A stretch of 64,000 nt of DNA from a virus (Duplodnaviria > Caudoviricetes). The DNA lies in the IMG/VR virus record IMGVR_UViG_3300031548_000003, positions 9,521 through 73,520 of that record, one strand, 5' to 3'. A program made the position numbers and the translations under genes. Positions within the stretch are counted from its first letter, which is position 1. Every line of letters begins with the position of its first letter. Of this stretch, positions 1-9,992 are shown piece by piece. The notes below the pieces were generated by a model. It searched no databases, was not told where the DNA came from, and worked only from the letters and a program-made list of their open reading frames with translations.

Positions 1-917
1 TCAATTTCTACTTGATTCGTTGCTGGGTCAAGTCTCCACCATTTTACAATCTTATCCTTAATAACTGGGTTTCCATTACTATCAACCCCTGCTTGATATT
101 TTCCGACGGAATCCCCACGTCCATCTTCATTTATTAAGTAAACCTTACCATCAATTACTTTTTTAGTATATGTTCCTGGATTCCAGACGCCCTGAGAAAG
201 GTTGGTATACTTCCGAAGCAACCCTATTTGAAAATCATTTTTACCACTACCTCTACCTGAATCACTAAATGCAGAAGCAGGTGTTGTATAGGCGTTGTTT
301 ACCAGATAGCTTTTTTGAAGATTACCAGCCTCTTTTGAGAGATAGCCTTGTCTTACCTGCTCATCAATTTGTTCCGCTTCTCTCGCGATTACAGCGTTTA
401 TTCTAGCTTGATCTTGCGGTGTATAAGAATTTTCTCTTCCCCTGATGTTCGCCTCTTTTACATTTTCTAGCGGAGCAGTTGAATAATAGTTCTCAGGATT
501 CTGCATATAATTTCCTGAACGATCTACCCCCTGATTAAATCTGATTTTCCCCTCTGCCTCTAAAGGACGAAGTTGTTGTTCTGCTAGATATTCATTCTTT
601 AACGCATTAGTTGCATGTTTTACCGCAGCGTCTAGTTTTAAGTAGGCTAAATGTTCAGGTCCACCGCCTTCCTGAGTAAAGTCAGGCTTGGTCACATCAA
701 TTCCCTTTTTTGCTAACTCCTGCGCATAATTTCTCAGAATACTCATGTTTTCATAAACATCTTGAGTCAATTTACTCCTATTAGCTAGAAGATCATTTTT
801 ATCATATTGTCCTACTTCTGGATCAGAAGTAACAGATTCTTCAGCCATTTGTGAAGGCTGCGGGATTTGATCCCTTCCTATTCTAAAGTTATAACCTAAT
901 GCGTCTCCGTATCCCAT
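1..917 (-). CDS. Partial ORF running off the left edge; putative virion cargo/ejection protein
   Basis: Not in the ORF track. ATG at 917, immediately after the TAA of the 919-1938 ORF, opens a stop-free frame (MGYGDALGYNFRIGRDQ...DPATNQVEI) to the window edge. Function inferred only from position after the muzzle gene. Confidence 0.55.
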   Translation of the reverse strand, partial: MGYGDALGYNFRIGRDQIPQPSQMAEESVTSDPEVGQYDKNDLLANRSKLTQDVYENMSILRNYAQELAKKGIDVTKPDFTQEGGGPEHLAYLKLDAAVKHATNALKNEYLAEQQLRPLEAEGKIRFNQGVDRSGNYMQNPENYYSTAPLENVKEANIRGRENSYTPQDQARINAVIAREAEQIDEQVRQGYLSKEAGNLQKSYLVNNAYTTPASAFSDSGRGSGKNDFQIGLLRKYTNLSQGVWNPGTYTKKVIDGKVYLINEDGRGDSVGKYQAGVDSNGNPVIKDKIVKWWRLDPATNQVEI

Positions 918-918
918 A

Positions 919-1938
919 TTAATATCCCGTGTACATTTCCTCTTCTTGAGGACTTAGTTTATTATCTAAATAATTAATAGCAGGTTCTATTTTACCAGAG
1001 ATACCTGGATGAACATTATCTAATTGATCGAAGAATCTCTTGTATTTATTTCTAGCTTGATACTGCCCTGCTACAGGGGCTATTCTACCAGCTAGATTAT
1101 AGAGAGAGTTATTCAAATTCTGACGACCTACCGATCCGATTTGACCATAAGCTGCTTGCTCATTTTGATACTGATTCAGATCTTGTGGGTAGAAACTTGC
1201 TTGATTTTCAAATATGTTTTGAGTTTCATTCAACCTCTGCCCTAACAGATTATTATAATTTGCTGTTTGTTCTCTGCGGATATCGTTAGCTAATGGTATA
1301 AGTTCCATACCCGCTCTGCGTCTTCTGTTTGCAGCTACTTGCGCATAAGAACCAAAAGCCCCTGCTTGTCCAGTAGAGGCTGTCTTAGCGTTTTGTAAGT
1401 CTGACAGATATTGATCTTGTATCTGAGCTTCTGCCGGAGCTAAAGCCGATGCAGTATCATAAGTTCCTTCAGATGCTGCCCGCAGTGCTTGTTGAAGATA
1501 TAAATCTCGTTGGGGAATAGCAGGTCTTCCAGGTCTGCGGGATTTTGATAATCCTTGTTTAGATTGATTGATCTGAGCAACTGATTGAGCAATATCCGTC
1601 GCCCCAAGTAAAACATTCAGACCTTGAGCAATTTTGTCAGAATTAGCTTTAGCCTCACTTTCTTGAGCTAACTGCAAAGCTTGTTCCCGATAGGAAGGAT
1701 TTTGCAAAGCTTGTTGTCCAGCAAGAAGCGCTGTCTCGGCAGTGAGATTAGGGGGAATAGTTTTATCTTCCTTTGATAATTTTACAATCTGATCATTTAA
1801 TTCTGACAATCTCTTTTTGTCATTTGGATCAGGAGTAAATTCAGCAAAGAATCTAAAATCCTCATTGCTTATACGATCACCTCCACCAGATTGAAGTCTT
1901 TGTAGAATCTGGAGATATCTTTTTAAATCTTCTTTCAT
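919..1938 (-). CDS. Putative virion cargo/ejection protein (339 aa)
   Basis: Gln/Ala-rich and helical-looking; lies downstream of the muzzle gene where crAss-like/T7-like podophages encode internal proteins. Confidence 0.45.
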   Translation of the reverse strand: MKEDLKRYLQILQRLQSGGGDRISNEDFRFFAEFTPDPNDKKRLSELNDQIVKLSKEDKTIPPNLTAETALLAGQQALQNPSYREQALQLAQESEAKANSDKIAQGLNVLLGATDIAQSVAQINQSKQGLSKSRRPGRPAIPQRDLYLQQALRAASEGTYDTASALAPAEAQIQDQYLSDLQNAKTASTGQAGAFGSYAQVAANRRRRAGMELIPLANDIRREQTANYNNLLGQRLNETQNIFENQASFYPQDLNQYQNEQAAYGQIGSVGRQNLNNSLYNLAGRIAPVAGQYQARNKYKRFFDQLDNVHPGISGKIEPAINYLDNKLSPQEEEMYTGY

Positions 1939-2537
1939 TGATATAAGTTTCTTAATCTACGATTAGGATTTATACGCTGGTTATAGTCCTCTATTTGATT
2001 CATTTGATTATGATACGATACATCTGAATCATTGTATTGTTTTTGTGCGGTACTTACCTGATTAAGCGCATTATTCTTTTCACGCGTTTGTCTTCTTTTT
2101 CTGGATCTTCCGCCTATCAAAGAGCCGCCTAATCCAACCGCTGCACCAACAGCAGCCCCTAACGGACCAAATGCAGCCCCTGTTTGAGCACCTTGAATAG
2201 TGCTTGATGCAACTTCTCCAAATGTTGCCCCTTGAGGTTTAGCTGCAAAAGCCTGAGCTTGTAAATCCCCAGCGGTATAAACAGGTCTTCCATATATGTC
2301 AGTCTGAGGATTTATGTTTGTATCAAGATTAAGTCCTTGCTGACTCATACTATAGATATTTGTACCTAATGCTAAAGCACCCAGACCTGTATCCGCATAA
2401 GAAGATATATTGGGGGAAGTTTTAGGCATGGATGGAGGAGTCACTCTCAAATTAGGATTAGGCCCGCCTTGAGGCATTCTTATGGGAGTTGGATTTTTCC
2501 AATTATTGGTACTTATACCGTCAAAAAAAGGATTCAT
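1935..2537 (-). CDS. Putative ejection (pilot-like) protein with Gly-rich hydrophobic segment (200 aa)
   Basis: GAQTGAAFGPLGAAVGAAVGLGGSLIGG followed by a basic stretch (RSRKRR) is typical of podophage membrane-inserting cargo proteins. Confidence 0.5.
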   Translation of the reverse strand: MNPFFDGISTNNWKNPTPIRMPQGGPNPNLRVTPPSMPKTSPNISSYADTGLGALALGTNIYSMSQQGLNLDTNINPQTDIYGRPVYTAGDLQAQAFAAKPQGATFGEVASSTIQGAQTGAAFGPLGAAVGAAVGLGGSLIGGRSRKRRQTREKNNALNQVSTAQKQYNDSDVSYHNQMNQIEDYNQRINPNRRLRNLYQ

Positions 2538-5500
2538 TAAAAAGGCGTTCGTTTAGATGGGTAGTATTTAGTATGTAGACTGGAAAGTGCGGATTGAATG
2601 TTTTTCCACTTAATCGTAAGTAAAGCCCTCATTCCCCTCGCTCTTGCCTTGTTTGAGTCTCTGCCAACCGGCATTTTAAACACGTTTTCTATAGATGGAA
2701 CGTCAAAATTAATGCCACTAATTGTTTGATTTCCCCTGGCTGTATCCTGCTCAATTACCATATCTCCCTCATCCAAAGCCTCGGTTGCGGGTAACATCAA
2801 GACATCAAAAGTCTTAGCAATTTCTCCTTCCGGGTTGATACAGACCTTAACCCTCGGAGTTACCGTGACGCCAAATAATTGGTTAACACTTCCCGTGTAC
2901 ATTGAATAGATTGAAAGGGTTGATCCTACTTTTCCAGTTACGAATAGATTTTTATTAAAGACTCCAGATGAAGGGGTAAATTCATAATCTCCTACCCATC
3001 CTATCTTAGGGTTAAATACTTCTACTCTACCCCCTGCAATCAGTAAATATTCATCTCGAATGAAATCATAGAAGCCTATTACCTCACTTTCATTTAGAGT
3101 ATTAGAGAATAGAGTTCTGAAAAGGGTCTCGTTATCTTTAGTTATTGGTTGTAAATCAGTTCCAGATAAGGCATAGATGCTCTTATTTATATTGTCAGGT
3201 AAGTAGATTACATTACCTGTCTCCACGATGCCTCTGATGTGCTGAGAGCCTCGTTGGGAGTCGACTACCACTGGTCTACCTATTACATCCCCGCTTCTAA
3301 CAGCGAGTGTGTCTGCATTGGTCTGCTCTATCTGGCGCTCCCCCGTAGGAATGTAGGTCACCCCTTTTTCCTGGATAGCGTATAGATTATCTCCTGCAAG
3401 AGCAAGCTTGGTTATTCCGTATCGTTGTTCTTCAAGATCATAAAAATCAGCAGATCTGAATATGTCAAATCCTGCTTGATCTGAGTTGTAGATTTTGATA
3501 TCAGACCATATCATTCTGGCAGGGAACTCATTCTCTACGAATGAATATTGAGGTTTGGTAACATATATCTTATCTGAGTTCTGCTTGGATAGGTTTATGT
3601 TATAACTGTAGCTCAAAGGTGCCCTGATGACCTCATTAGAAGTATTGTTCACTACAGGCATTCCGTTCACTGCTGGCGAACGTTCAACTAAGGTATCAAA
3701 ATCTCTTACTGAACCATTATATTCAGACTCCAGAATGACTGTAATGTACTGCCCTACATTCTCCAAGGCTACAGGAATGCACATCGCTCTCCCGTATGAG
3801 TTTAAATAATATAAACCCCACTTACTAATAAGCTGATCAGCTCCTTGACTGGCAGTGACTTGGTTAGTCACGGAGTAAGCTGAGTCTGCAATCTTGAAAG
3901 TTTGAGATCCAATGAAACAATCTCCTCCCCACACCTCCATATTAACAGAAACAGAACCTCCTGATTCAAGAGTGGCTACTTCTGAAGGAGTAAAAGTATA
4001 CGTTGCTCCCGTTGAGATGTATTCGTGGAAACTTGTAGCATCTCCATATCTGTCATCACCAAGACCTAATGTAACATTAACAATATTACAAGCGTTAACA
4101 ATACTTCTGTTGGAGAAATTAGCGTATGGTAGATAAGTAGTGTCAGTTACATAGTTGTTATTTACAGACGTAAATGATTCATATTTTATACCTGAAGACC
4201 CAATTACGGACCCACCCCCGTTATTATAACTATTTAGAATCCCGTTTGCAAAATTAGTTGTAGTTGAAGTTGTTACTCCTTGGGTTGTAATATCTGGAAA
4301 ACGTAACCCACCAATCTGAATAACAGTTGATTTTTGAATATTAGGTTTATACCCAAGATTAACTCCAGTTGTCTGCATTGCTTCATAATCCATTACAGAT
4401 ACGCCTGACACACTAGCTGTTTCTCCGAAATTAACAAAGTTCTCACTGTCTACTATAGGTACATTTTTCTCAAAAGATGGTATTGATTTTGCAACCCAGT
4501 TTGGATCAAAAAAATAATCTCCGGCATTTAACGCGTAAAAATTACCAGATACGTTTGTATTAATATCATCACCACTAATTACTGCTATAGTTTTACTTGG
4601 ATTACCGGTAAAGAGATCAAGTCGTAATAACGCTTTATCAATAACACTCATTTTCTCAGAACCGATAAAGGTATATGGTTCTGTTGTGTATGGAGAGGAC
4701 CACATCATTAAAAAATTAGAATAACTCTGATTAGTTAGTGAAGCCTCCCCTCTCTTTTTGGTATTAGTACCTGATCCTGTATTATCAGGAAGCGGTACTA
4801 TTCCCTTCATCTGTGGCCAGAATAAATTCTTAGGATGAAGAATCCTTCCGGCTGTCATAGGCTGAGCATCTGCAACAGTCACAGTAGCTCCATTATTATA
4901 AACAGTAGGATAATTACCAAGCGCACCTATCCCATAAATATCTACCATCGGAATGATAGGAGATTGGAAAAGAATGTTTTTCCTTCTTTGTAATCTTACT
5001 ATGTGAATCTTCTTAGCCCATGATGGATGATTGACGATTCCGTTAAGATTCAAGCCTAGTCCTTTAATATAACCAGACGTATTAAACAATGAGTAAGTAT
5101 TAGATACATGACGACCAGGGAACTTCATGTCAGTTCCTGAAGTAATTTGATTACCTGTTATCGCGGACAGATTGAGAGCAACTGCTGGAGATTTATTTCC
5201 ATCCTCATCCTCGTATACCACACCAAATCGGTATACCTCATCTCTAAAGTATCCTAGATATTTGGAGGAAAATTCAGCAGAGGAATAAGCGTCTTGATTA
5301 GAATCAACCCTTGTTGCAATTGATCCACTCGTAATTGAAGGAGTTCCGTTATCAAATTCTAATGGAGTGTACTTTACATTACCCCCCATCAACCTGTTCT
5401 CCTTAATTTTTAAGGATTTAACAGTTTCAATCTGAGCCAGATCAACAACAATATCTGATAAAGGAATTGTCCCTATTCGAGTATTAGCTTTGTAATCGAA

Positions 5501-6379
5501 CGTAAGTGATGTTGAAGGTATTGCTGTAATCTCCAGCAGAGACGCTGTAGGTACAAAGATATTGTCAGCCGTATACCCTGCTGCACTAGCTCCTACATTA
5601 TCAATCACTGCTAGTTGAAGATAATCAAAATTATCAGTCTCAGCAGTTGATGGTGTAATAGAAAGAGTAATCTTACGAGATGTCAACAATCCTATTCCAG
5701 CATGTATAATAGATCCTGAATTAGCTGCATCATATACATGAATAGGATTAGTTAAGCTTGACCATTTAGTGAACCTCTTGTTTGTAGGGTCCGCCATGCG
5801 ATAGGTAAATTGATATGTCCCAGAAAGTAATGAACCTCCTGAAGCAATAGATGATAATGCTATCGAGCCTACTGCCCCTTTACGTTGAAGGGAAATGTCA
5901 AACGAAGTAAGATAATTTGCAGTGTAAGGAGAAGGTAACTCACATTTTATGAACCTTAATCCTTTATAAAAATCTGTAAAGTATACATAATCAACTCCAC
6001 CTTCTGGATAATTAACTGCGTCAATAAGTCTATCCTGAGTTTCAACACCTTCCTCATACAATTCATACAGAGCGTTGCTATCAATATCATAACACCATAT
6101 TTTGAACAGAGTTGAAGTGATTGTAAAATAGAGATTACATCTTTTAGATACCCCTCCGATCAAGAATTTAACAGGAATAGATCCTATCTCCTTTACAGTG
6201 GAATTATTAATGATATTCTTTAGGAGTGTTGTTCCCTGAATATTTCGAAGGGAATTAAATGTACCATCACCTATTAACTCAAGATTATGAGCCTCCAGGT
6301 ATTGATCCTGACTAATGATTGCTTTTGAATCATCGACGTTTCTGCCTCTAAGAAAATTATTGATTGTCCTTCTAATCAA
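2537..6379 (-). CDS. Tail muzzle / stabilization (nozzle) protein (1280 aa)
   Basis: Large beta-rich protein after the ring genes. N-terminal 'QDQYLEAHNLELI...SLRNIQGT' and 'YFRDEVYRFGVVY' segments resemble crAss-like tail stabilization proteins. Confidence 0.7.
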   Translation of the reverse strand: MIRRTINNFLRGRNVDDSKAIISQDQYLEAHNLELIGDGTFNSLRNIQGTTLLKNIINNSTVKEIGSIPVKFLIGGVSKRCNLYFTITSTLFKIWCYDIDSNALYELYEEGVETQDRLIDAVNYPEGGVDYVYFTDFYKGLRFIKCELPSPYTANYLTSFDISLQRKGAVGSIALSSIASGGSLLSGTYQFTYRMADPTNKRFTKWSSLTNPIHVYDAANSGSIIHAGIGLLTSRKITLSITPSTAETDNFDYLQLAVIDNVGASAAGYTADNIFVPTASLLEITAIPSTSLTFDYKANTRIGTIPLSDIVVDLAQIETVKSLKIKENRLMGGNVKYTPLEFDNGTPSITSGSIATRVDSNQDAYSSAEFSSKYLGYFRDEVYRFGVVYEDEDGNKSPAVALNLSAITGNQITSGTDMKFPGRHVSNTYSLFNTSGYIKGLGLNLNGIVNHPSWAKKIHIVRLQRRKNILFQSPIIPMVDIYGIGALGNYPTVYNNGATVTVADAQPMTAGRILHPKNLFWPQMKGIVPLPDNTGSGTNTKKRGEASLTNQSYSNFLMMWSSPYTTEPYTFIGSEKMSVIDKALLRLDLFTGNPSKTIAVISGDDINTNVSGNFYALNAGDYFFDPNWVAKSIPSFEKNVPIVDSENFVNFGETASVSGVSVMDYEAMQTTGVNLGYKPNIQKSTVIQIGGLRFPDITTQGVTTSTTTNFANGILNSYNNGGGSVIGSSGIKYESFTSVNNNYVTDTTYLPYANFSNRSIVNACNIVNVTLGLGDDRYGDATSFHEYISTGATYTFTPSEVATLESGGSVSVNMEVWGGDCFIGSQTFKIADSAYSVTNQVTASQGADQLISKWGLYYLNSYGRAMCIPVALENVGQYITVILESEYNGSVRDFDTLVERSPAVNGMPVVNNTSNEVIRAPLSYSYNINLSKQNSDKIYVTKPQYSFVENEFPARMIWSDIKIYNSDQAGFDIFRSADFYDLEEQRYGITKLALAGDNLYAIQEKGVTYIPTGERQIEQTNADTLAVRSGDVIGRPVVVDSQRGSQHIRGIVETGNVIYLPDNINKSIYALSGTDLQPITKDNETLFRTLFSNTLNESEVIGFYDFIRDEYLLIAGGRVEVFNPKIGWVGDYEFTPSSGVFNKNLFVTGKVGSTLSIYSMYTGSVNQLFGVTVTPRVKVCINPEGEIAKTFDVLMLPATEALDEGDMVIEQDTARGNQTISGINFDVPSIENVFKMPVGRDSNKARARGMRALLTIKWKNIQSALSSLHTKYYPSKRTPF

Positions 6380-7056
6380 AACTTACTGTAATTAAAATTT
6401 GGAAGTAATCTTACCCAACTACGAGATATTGTTTTGGCTTTATCGTTGCTCAGCGACATTGCCTTTTTTCTAGCTACTACTCTATCATTTTGCCATGCCC
6501 ATTGTGTCCAGTTATTTGCAATCTCAGATTGGTTCTCGTTTTTCTTAGCACTCTTAGCCCACCTTATGTAACACATAATTGCGAACTTCTCATCTTGACG
6601 AATCATTGGATATCCGTTATTGTCTAGTGGATAAGCGTAGTATCTTACAGCAGCATAGGCTACATCAGCTCCATTCGTACCTAGATAGAAAGCAGTCTGA
6701 TCTTCACTTACGTCAACTGATACTGTATAGGGGGGATCAGAAGGACTGATTGTTGTTGCTGGAGATATTCTTGTATCTGGATAAATTCTTTTCTTACCCG
6801 CTCTGAATGTATGTGGTACATAAACTCCATTAGCATCATATAAAGCCATCTCTATATAATGCCTCATATCTTTTGGTTTTTTTAAAATGAGATTTTTTGC
6901 TGTAATAGTGCATGCCTGGATTTCGTCCTCACTCGTCCCTAGTTGCTCCAATGCGGTCATTGCCCACTGACGAGCAATAGACCAATCAGCAGCATCCGTA
7001 TCCGGGGTGATAGAGATCGCTTCTGCGATGACTGCATTTAAGGGTAAGTAGTTCAT
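6376..7056 (-). CDS. Tail ring / tubular protein (226 aa)
   Basis: Size, position, and 'YYAYPLDNNGYPMI' segment typical of crAss-like ring proteins. Confidence 0.55.
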   Translation of the reverse strand: MNYLPLNAVIAEAISITPDTDAADWSIARQWAMTALEQLGTSEDEIQACTITAKNLILKKPKDMRHYIEMALYDANGVYVPHTFRAGKKRIYPDTRISPATTISPSDPPYTVSVDVSEDQTAFYLGTNGADVAYAAVRYYAYPLDNNGYPMIRQDEKFAIMCYIRWAKSAKKNENQSEIANNWTQWAWQNDRVVARKKAMSLSNDKAKTISRSWVRLLPNFNYSKF

Positions 7057-7754
7057 TCAGTAAGTTGTTGTTCTCCAGATTTTATTGCAGTATGGTACTG
7101 TAATTTTTTATTATCCTGCCCATCATTCTCTTGATCTTGTTGAGTTCCATATAGTTCTCGTTTAGCTTGATCAACTGTCATGGCTATGAGCTGAGGAGCC
7201 ACCAAATCAGAAACTAGAAATTCATCAGAATCCTCTAGCTCCAATAAGTTCTGTTTAGGTACATAGTCAATATTAAGCTCAGTGAAGGGTAAGTCTACAG
7301 GCTTGAAACCTTCTACAAACAGAAGTTGTCCTTGTCTATAATAAACTAAGTTTTCAAGTGAAGGGCTTGCATAAGGCATATAACGAATCATGTCGATGGT
7401 CTCAACACTCATCTTAGTTACCATGTCCCCTTCATCTGTAGAGACTCTGATGATACCCGCATCTTTATTTAGTGTAAGTACATCTTCGGGGAGAGTTACA
7501 AAAACCCTATCATTACAATCATCAGTGCAGTCTACGTCCTCTTGTTCAGGTACTTTACAGGTAGCTCTTTTTTTATAGATAACAGGAATTTGTTCATCTC
7601 GCGCAATTTTAGAATTACACTCCGTTGCTACGAGCATGTTGAGAAAATATGAACCCCAGAACTTAATCTGACGTTTATCTAATTCAGCGTCATCGGAGAT
7701 TGCCCCCTGATATGCCTGCAATTCAATATCTGAAACAAATTGCTCTACTGTCAT
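7053..7754 (-). CDS. Tail ring / tubular protein (233 aa)
   Basis: Size and synteny between other ring genes; helical N-terminus and beta-rich core. Confidence 0.55.
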   Translation of the reverse strand: MTVEQFVSDIELQAYQGAISDDAELDKRQIKFWGSYFLNMLVATECNSKIARDEQIPVIYKKRATCKVPEQEDVDCTDDCNDRVFVTLPEDVLTLNKDAGIIRVSTDEGDMVTKMSVETIDMIRYMPYASPSLENLVYYRQGQLLFVEGFKPVDLPFTELNIDYVPKQNLLELEDSDEFLVSDLVAPQLIAMTVDQAKRELYGTQQDQENDGQDNKKLQYHTAIKSGEQQLTE

Positions 7755-7762
7755 AATATTTT

Positions 7763-8263
7763 TTAGAGTACACAGACATTAAACTCTACTGAGTTTTCCG
7801 GTAAAGTTTTATCTGGACATATACTTAGAAATTTGAAATAATTTTGAGTATCATTAGCTACATGGCCTTCATAAATTACATCTTCAAAGCGTATAGGTTT
7901 TTTCGTCTTCGGATCTTTGATAGGTTTCTTAGTTCCAGGATATTTAGGTATAAATACTTTCACTTCTCTTCTAAAACTATCAACAAATATTTTCTCTACG
8001 AACGAGACGTTATCAACATCTAAAGCGTGGTTATAAAATACAATCAACCCAAATTGATCAACTTTAGGTATCTTTAGTTTTTTGAAGAGATTCCTAAATT
8101 CTTTTGTAAACTTCTCCTCTAGTTTATGTCTTACAGTCCAGTGCCTTGATTGATATATATCGTTAGTTGACGGTATATTCCCAATAAACATAACAGAGTG
8201 TACTTGTTTAACTATTCCAAATGTTCTGAACAGCCCCAATAGTCTTCTGAATATCTCACTCAT
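7763..8263 (-). CDS. RusA-like Holliday junction resolvase (166 aa)
   Basis: 'IPSTN', 'LDVDNV', 'K-x3-D' and 'ANDT' follow the RusA acidic catalytic motif pattern. Confidence 0.55.
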   Translation of the reverse strand: MSEIFRRLLGLFRTFGIVKQVHSVMFIGNIPSTNDIYQSRHWTVRHKLEEKFTKEFRNLFKKLKIPKVDQFGLIVFYNHALDVDNVSFVEKIFVDSFRREVKVFIPKYPGTKKPIKDPKTKKPIRFEDVIYEGHVANDTQNYFKFLSICPDKTLPENSVEFNVCVL

Positions 8264-8898
8264 TGTGCGGATTGGACTCCCGTATTTCTTAAATTGACAA
8301 TTAATTCTTCATCTCTTATTCCCACTCCAGCAAGCTTCACTGCACCGAAGATTACCTGATTCATGACGTAATCATCCCAATCAGGGCTGTTACCATCTGT
8401 CATTACTTTAGGAGTTTTAATCACTGTAACAGACACTGGCAGTGTCACAGTTGGGTACAATCTATAACCACCTGCTGTTATGGTGAATAACGGATAATCA
8501 GTCTCCGGTGCTTTAAACACATTGTTTTTATAGGCAAAGAGATTATTGTGTTTTACAAATTTGATTAGAATATCACCTTGAGCCAAGGCTAGTATTCTAA
8601 ATACCGAGCACCCACTGTCACCACTAGCTGTTATCAGTGCAGTAGTTAATGCTGAGTTTGTAAGTATACTAGCAGATGGGGCTATGGTAAGGGTATAGAT
8701 TAGGGGTTTTATATTCTCGATAGTATTTGAATCCATCTCTACATTCACTACTCCGCCTAAGCTATCAGGTATGAGTTTGTTTAATACCTCTTCCTGAGCC
8801 ATATTGAGGTGGCCAATCCATTCATCATCCTCTATTGATGGTGATCCCCACTTATCAGCAAGCGTCTTACACCTTTCTATCGCTACAGCAGTAGTCAT
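8260..8898 (-). CDS. Tail ring / adaptor protein (212 aa)
   Basis: 'DDEWIGHLNMAQEEV' N-terminal helix pattern and position in the ring cluster. Confidence 0.55.
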   Translation of the reverse strand: MTTAVAIERCKTLADKWGSPSIEDDEWIGHLNMAQEEVLNKLIPDSLGGVVNVEMDSNTIENIKPLIYTLTIAPSASILTNSALTTALITASGDSGCSVFRILALAQGDILIKFVKHNNLFAYKNNVFKAPETDYPLFTITAGGYRLYPTVTLPVSVTVIKTPKVMTDGNSPDWDDYVMNQVIFGAVKLAGVGIRDEELIVNLRNTGVQSAQ

Positions 8899-8900
8899 AT

Positions 8901-9452
8901 TTAGATGTTATCCTTTCCTACATAGGCTATTAATCCTACAGGTGGCGTAGGAGTTGTTGCATATACTCTTCTTACTGCAATTGATGATTCTTCCCCTTGG
9001 GCGATATAAATTGTAACAGGTGTATCAGCAAGGGCTGTCCCTGAGAGATCACCAGTGGCGTTCGCTATTGCTATAGTGCTATTAACAGCACCAGTGAATA
9101 CTAACTTTGTGCTTGTGCTTCTGACTTTAATATTAAGAGCAGATAATGATGTTGTATGTGTACTTACAAAATTGGTTGCTGTTGTAGTTAATGAAGATGA
9201 AAATGTAACTAGGTATGCTGTACCATTAATTGTAATATTAGCTGTACCTGATGTCCCTGTTAAGGTAAATCCCGCAGGGCTTGATTGAGCTGCTGGCATT
9301 ACTCTTACAGTACCCCCTGCTGCTGGATTGTGTACATAACACATTGTGTATCCGTTTGGATTATTTGGGTCATCCTTTACATCAAGTGTGTCACTACTCG
9401 TTATGGCAAAAGCATCCGAAGATTTAAGAGAGAGGAATTGATTAGCGGACAT
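8901..9452 (-). CDS. Probable virion accessory protein (183 aa, Thr/Ser-rich)
   Basis: Beta-rich, T/S-rich; preceded by a candidate late-promoter motif at 9481-9493. Confidence 0.4.
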   Translation of the reverse strand: MSANQFLSLKSSDAFAITSSDTLDVKDDPNNPNGYTMCYVHNPAAGGTVRVMPAAQSSPAGFTLTGTSGTANITINGTAYLVTFSSSLTTTATNFVSTHTTSLSALNIKVRSTSTKLVFTGAVNSTIAIANATGDLSGTALADTPVTIYIAQGEESSIAVRRVYATTPTPPVGLIAYVGKDNI

Positions 9453-9498
9453 TCTTAGTTATTTTTAGTTATTCTGTAGTCAAAAATTGTACCGTAAA

Positions 9499-9894
9499 TT
9501 AGTTACCAGAGGCGCTCATGTTGATTGATTCTCCAAGTTGATCAAAGAACAACGAGGACAGTTCTTCGAACTTATTAGCCGCTATAAATGCAGCAACAAT
9601 AACCTCTGAACTTACTGGTGCAGCTCCTAAGTCAATCGACATTGATTTAGCCAGTTTACACATCTTCAGCCCTAATTGATGATCAGTTGATATGAAGTCA
9701 TTAAGTAATAAATTTACTGAGTTAATTCTGTCTTTTGCCCACTTAATACGTGCGACCTCATTTGCTAATCCTGCTCCGTCATGTAAAGCCCAGTAAGAGG
9801 CATAGTCTCTTAATGCCCACTGCACCTGTGCTACAAAACCTGAATCATTTTGTAATGATTGTTTTTCTTCTGATGTCAATACTCTGAATGCCAT
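9499..9894 (-). CDS. Hypothetical protein (131 aa) downstream of the tail fibre, possibly a fibre chaperone
   Basis: Clean ORF in the structural operon; function inferred from position only. Confidence 0.4.
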   Translation of the reverse strand: MAFRVLTSEEKQSLQNDSGFVAQVQWALRDYASYWALHDGAGLANEVARIKWAKDRINSVNLLLNDFISTDHQLGLKMCKLAKSMSIDLGAAPVSSEVIVAAFIAANKFEELSSLFFDQLGESINMSASGN

Positions 9895-9992
9895 ATTATT
9901 ATCTATTTTTAATTTTTATCTTATTTTATACTATTTAGTCGATGCCACTTTGAATAAATAATTTGATTGTTTTCATTGTGCTTTATGGTTTT

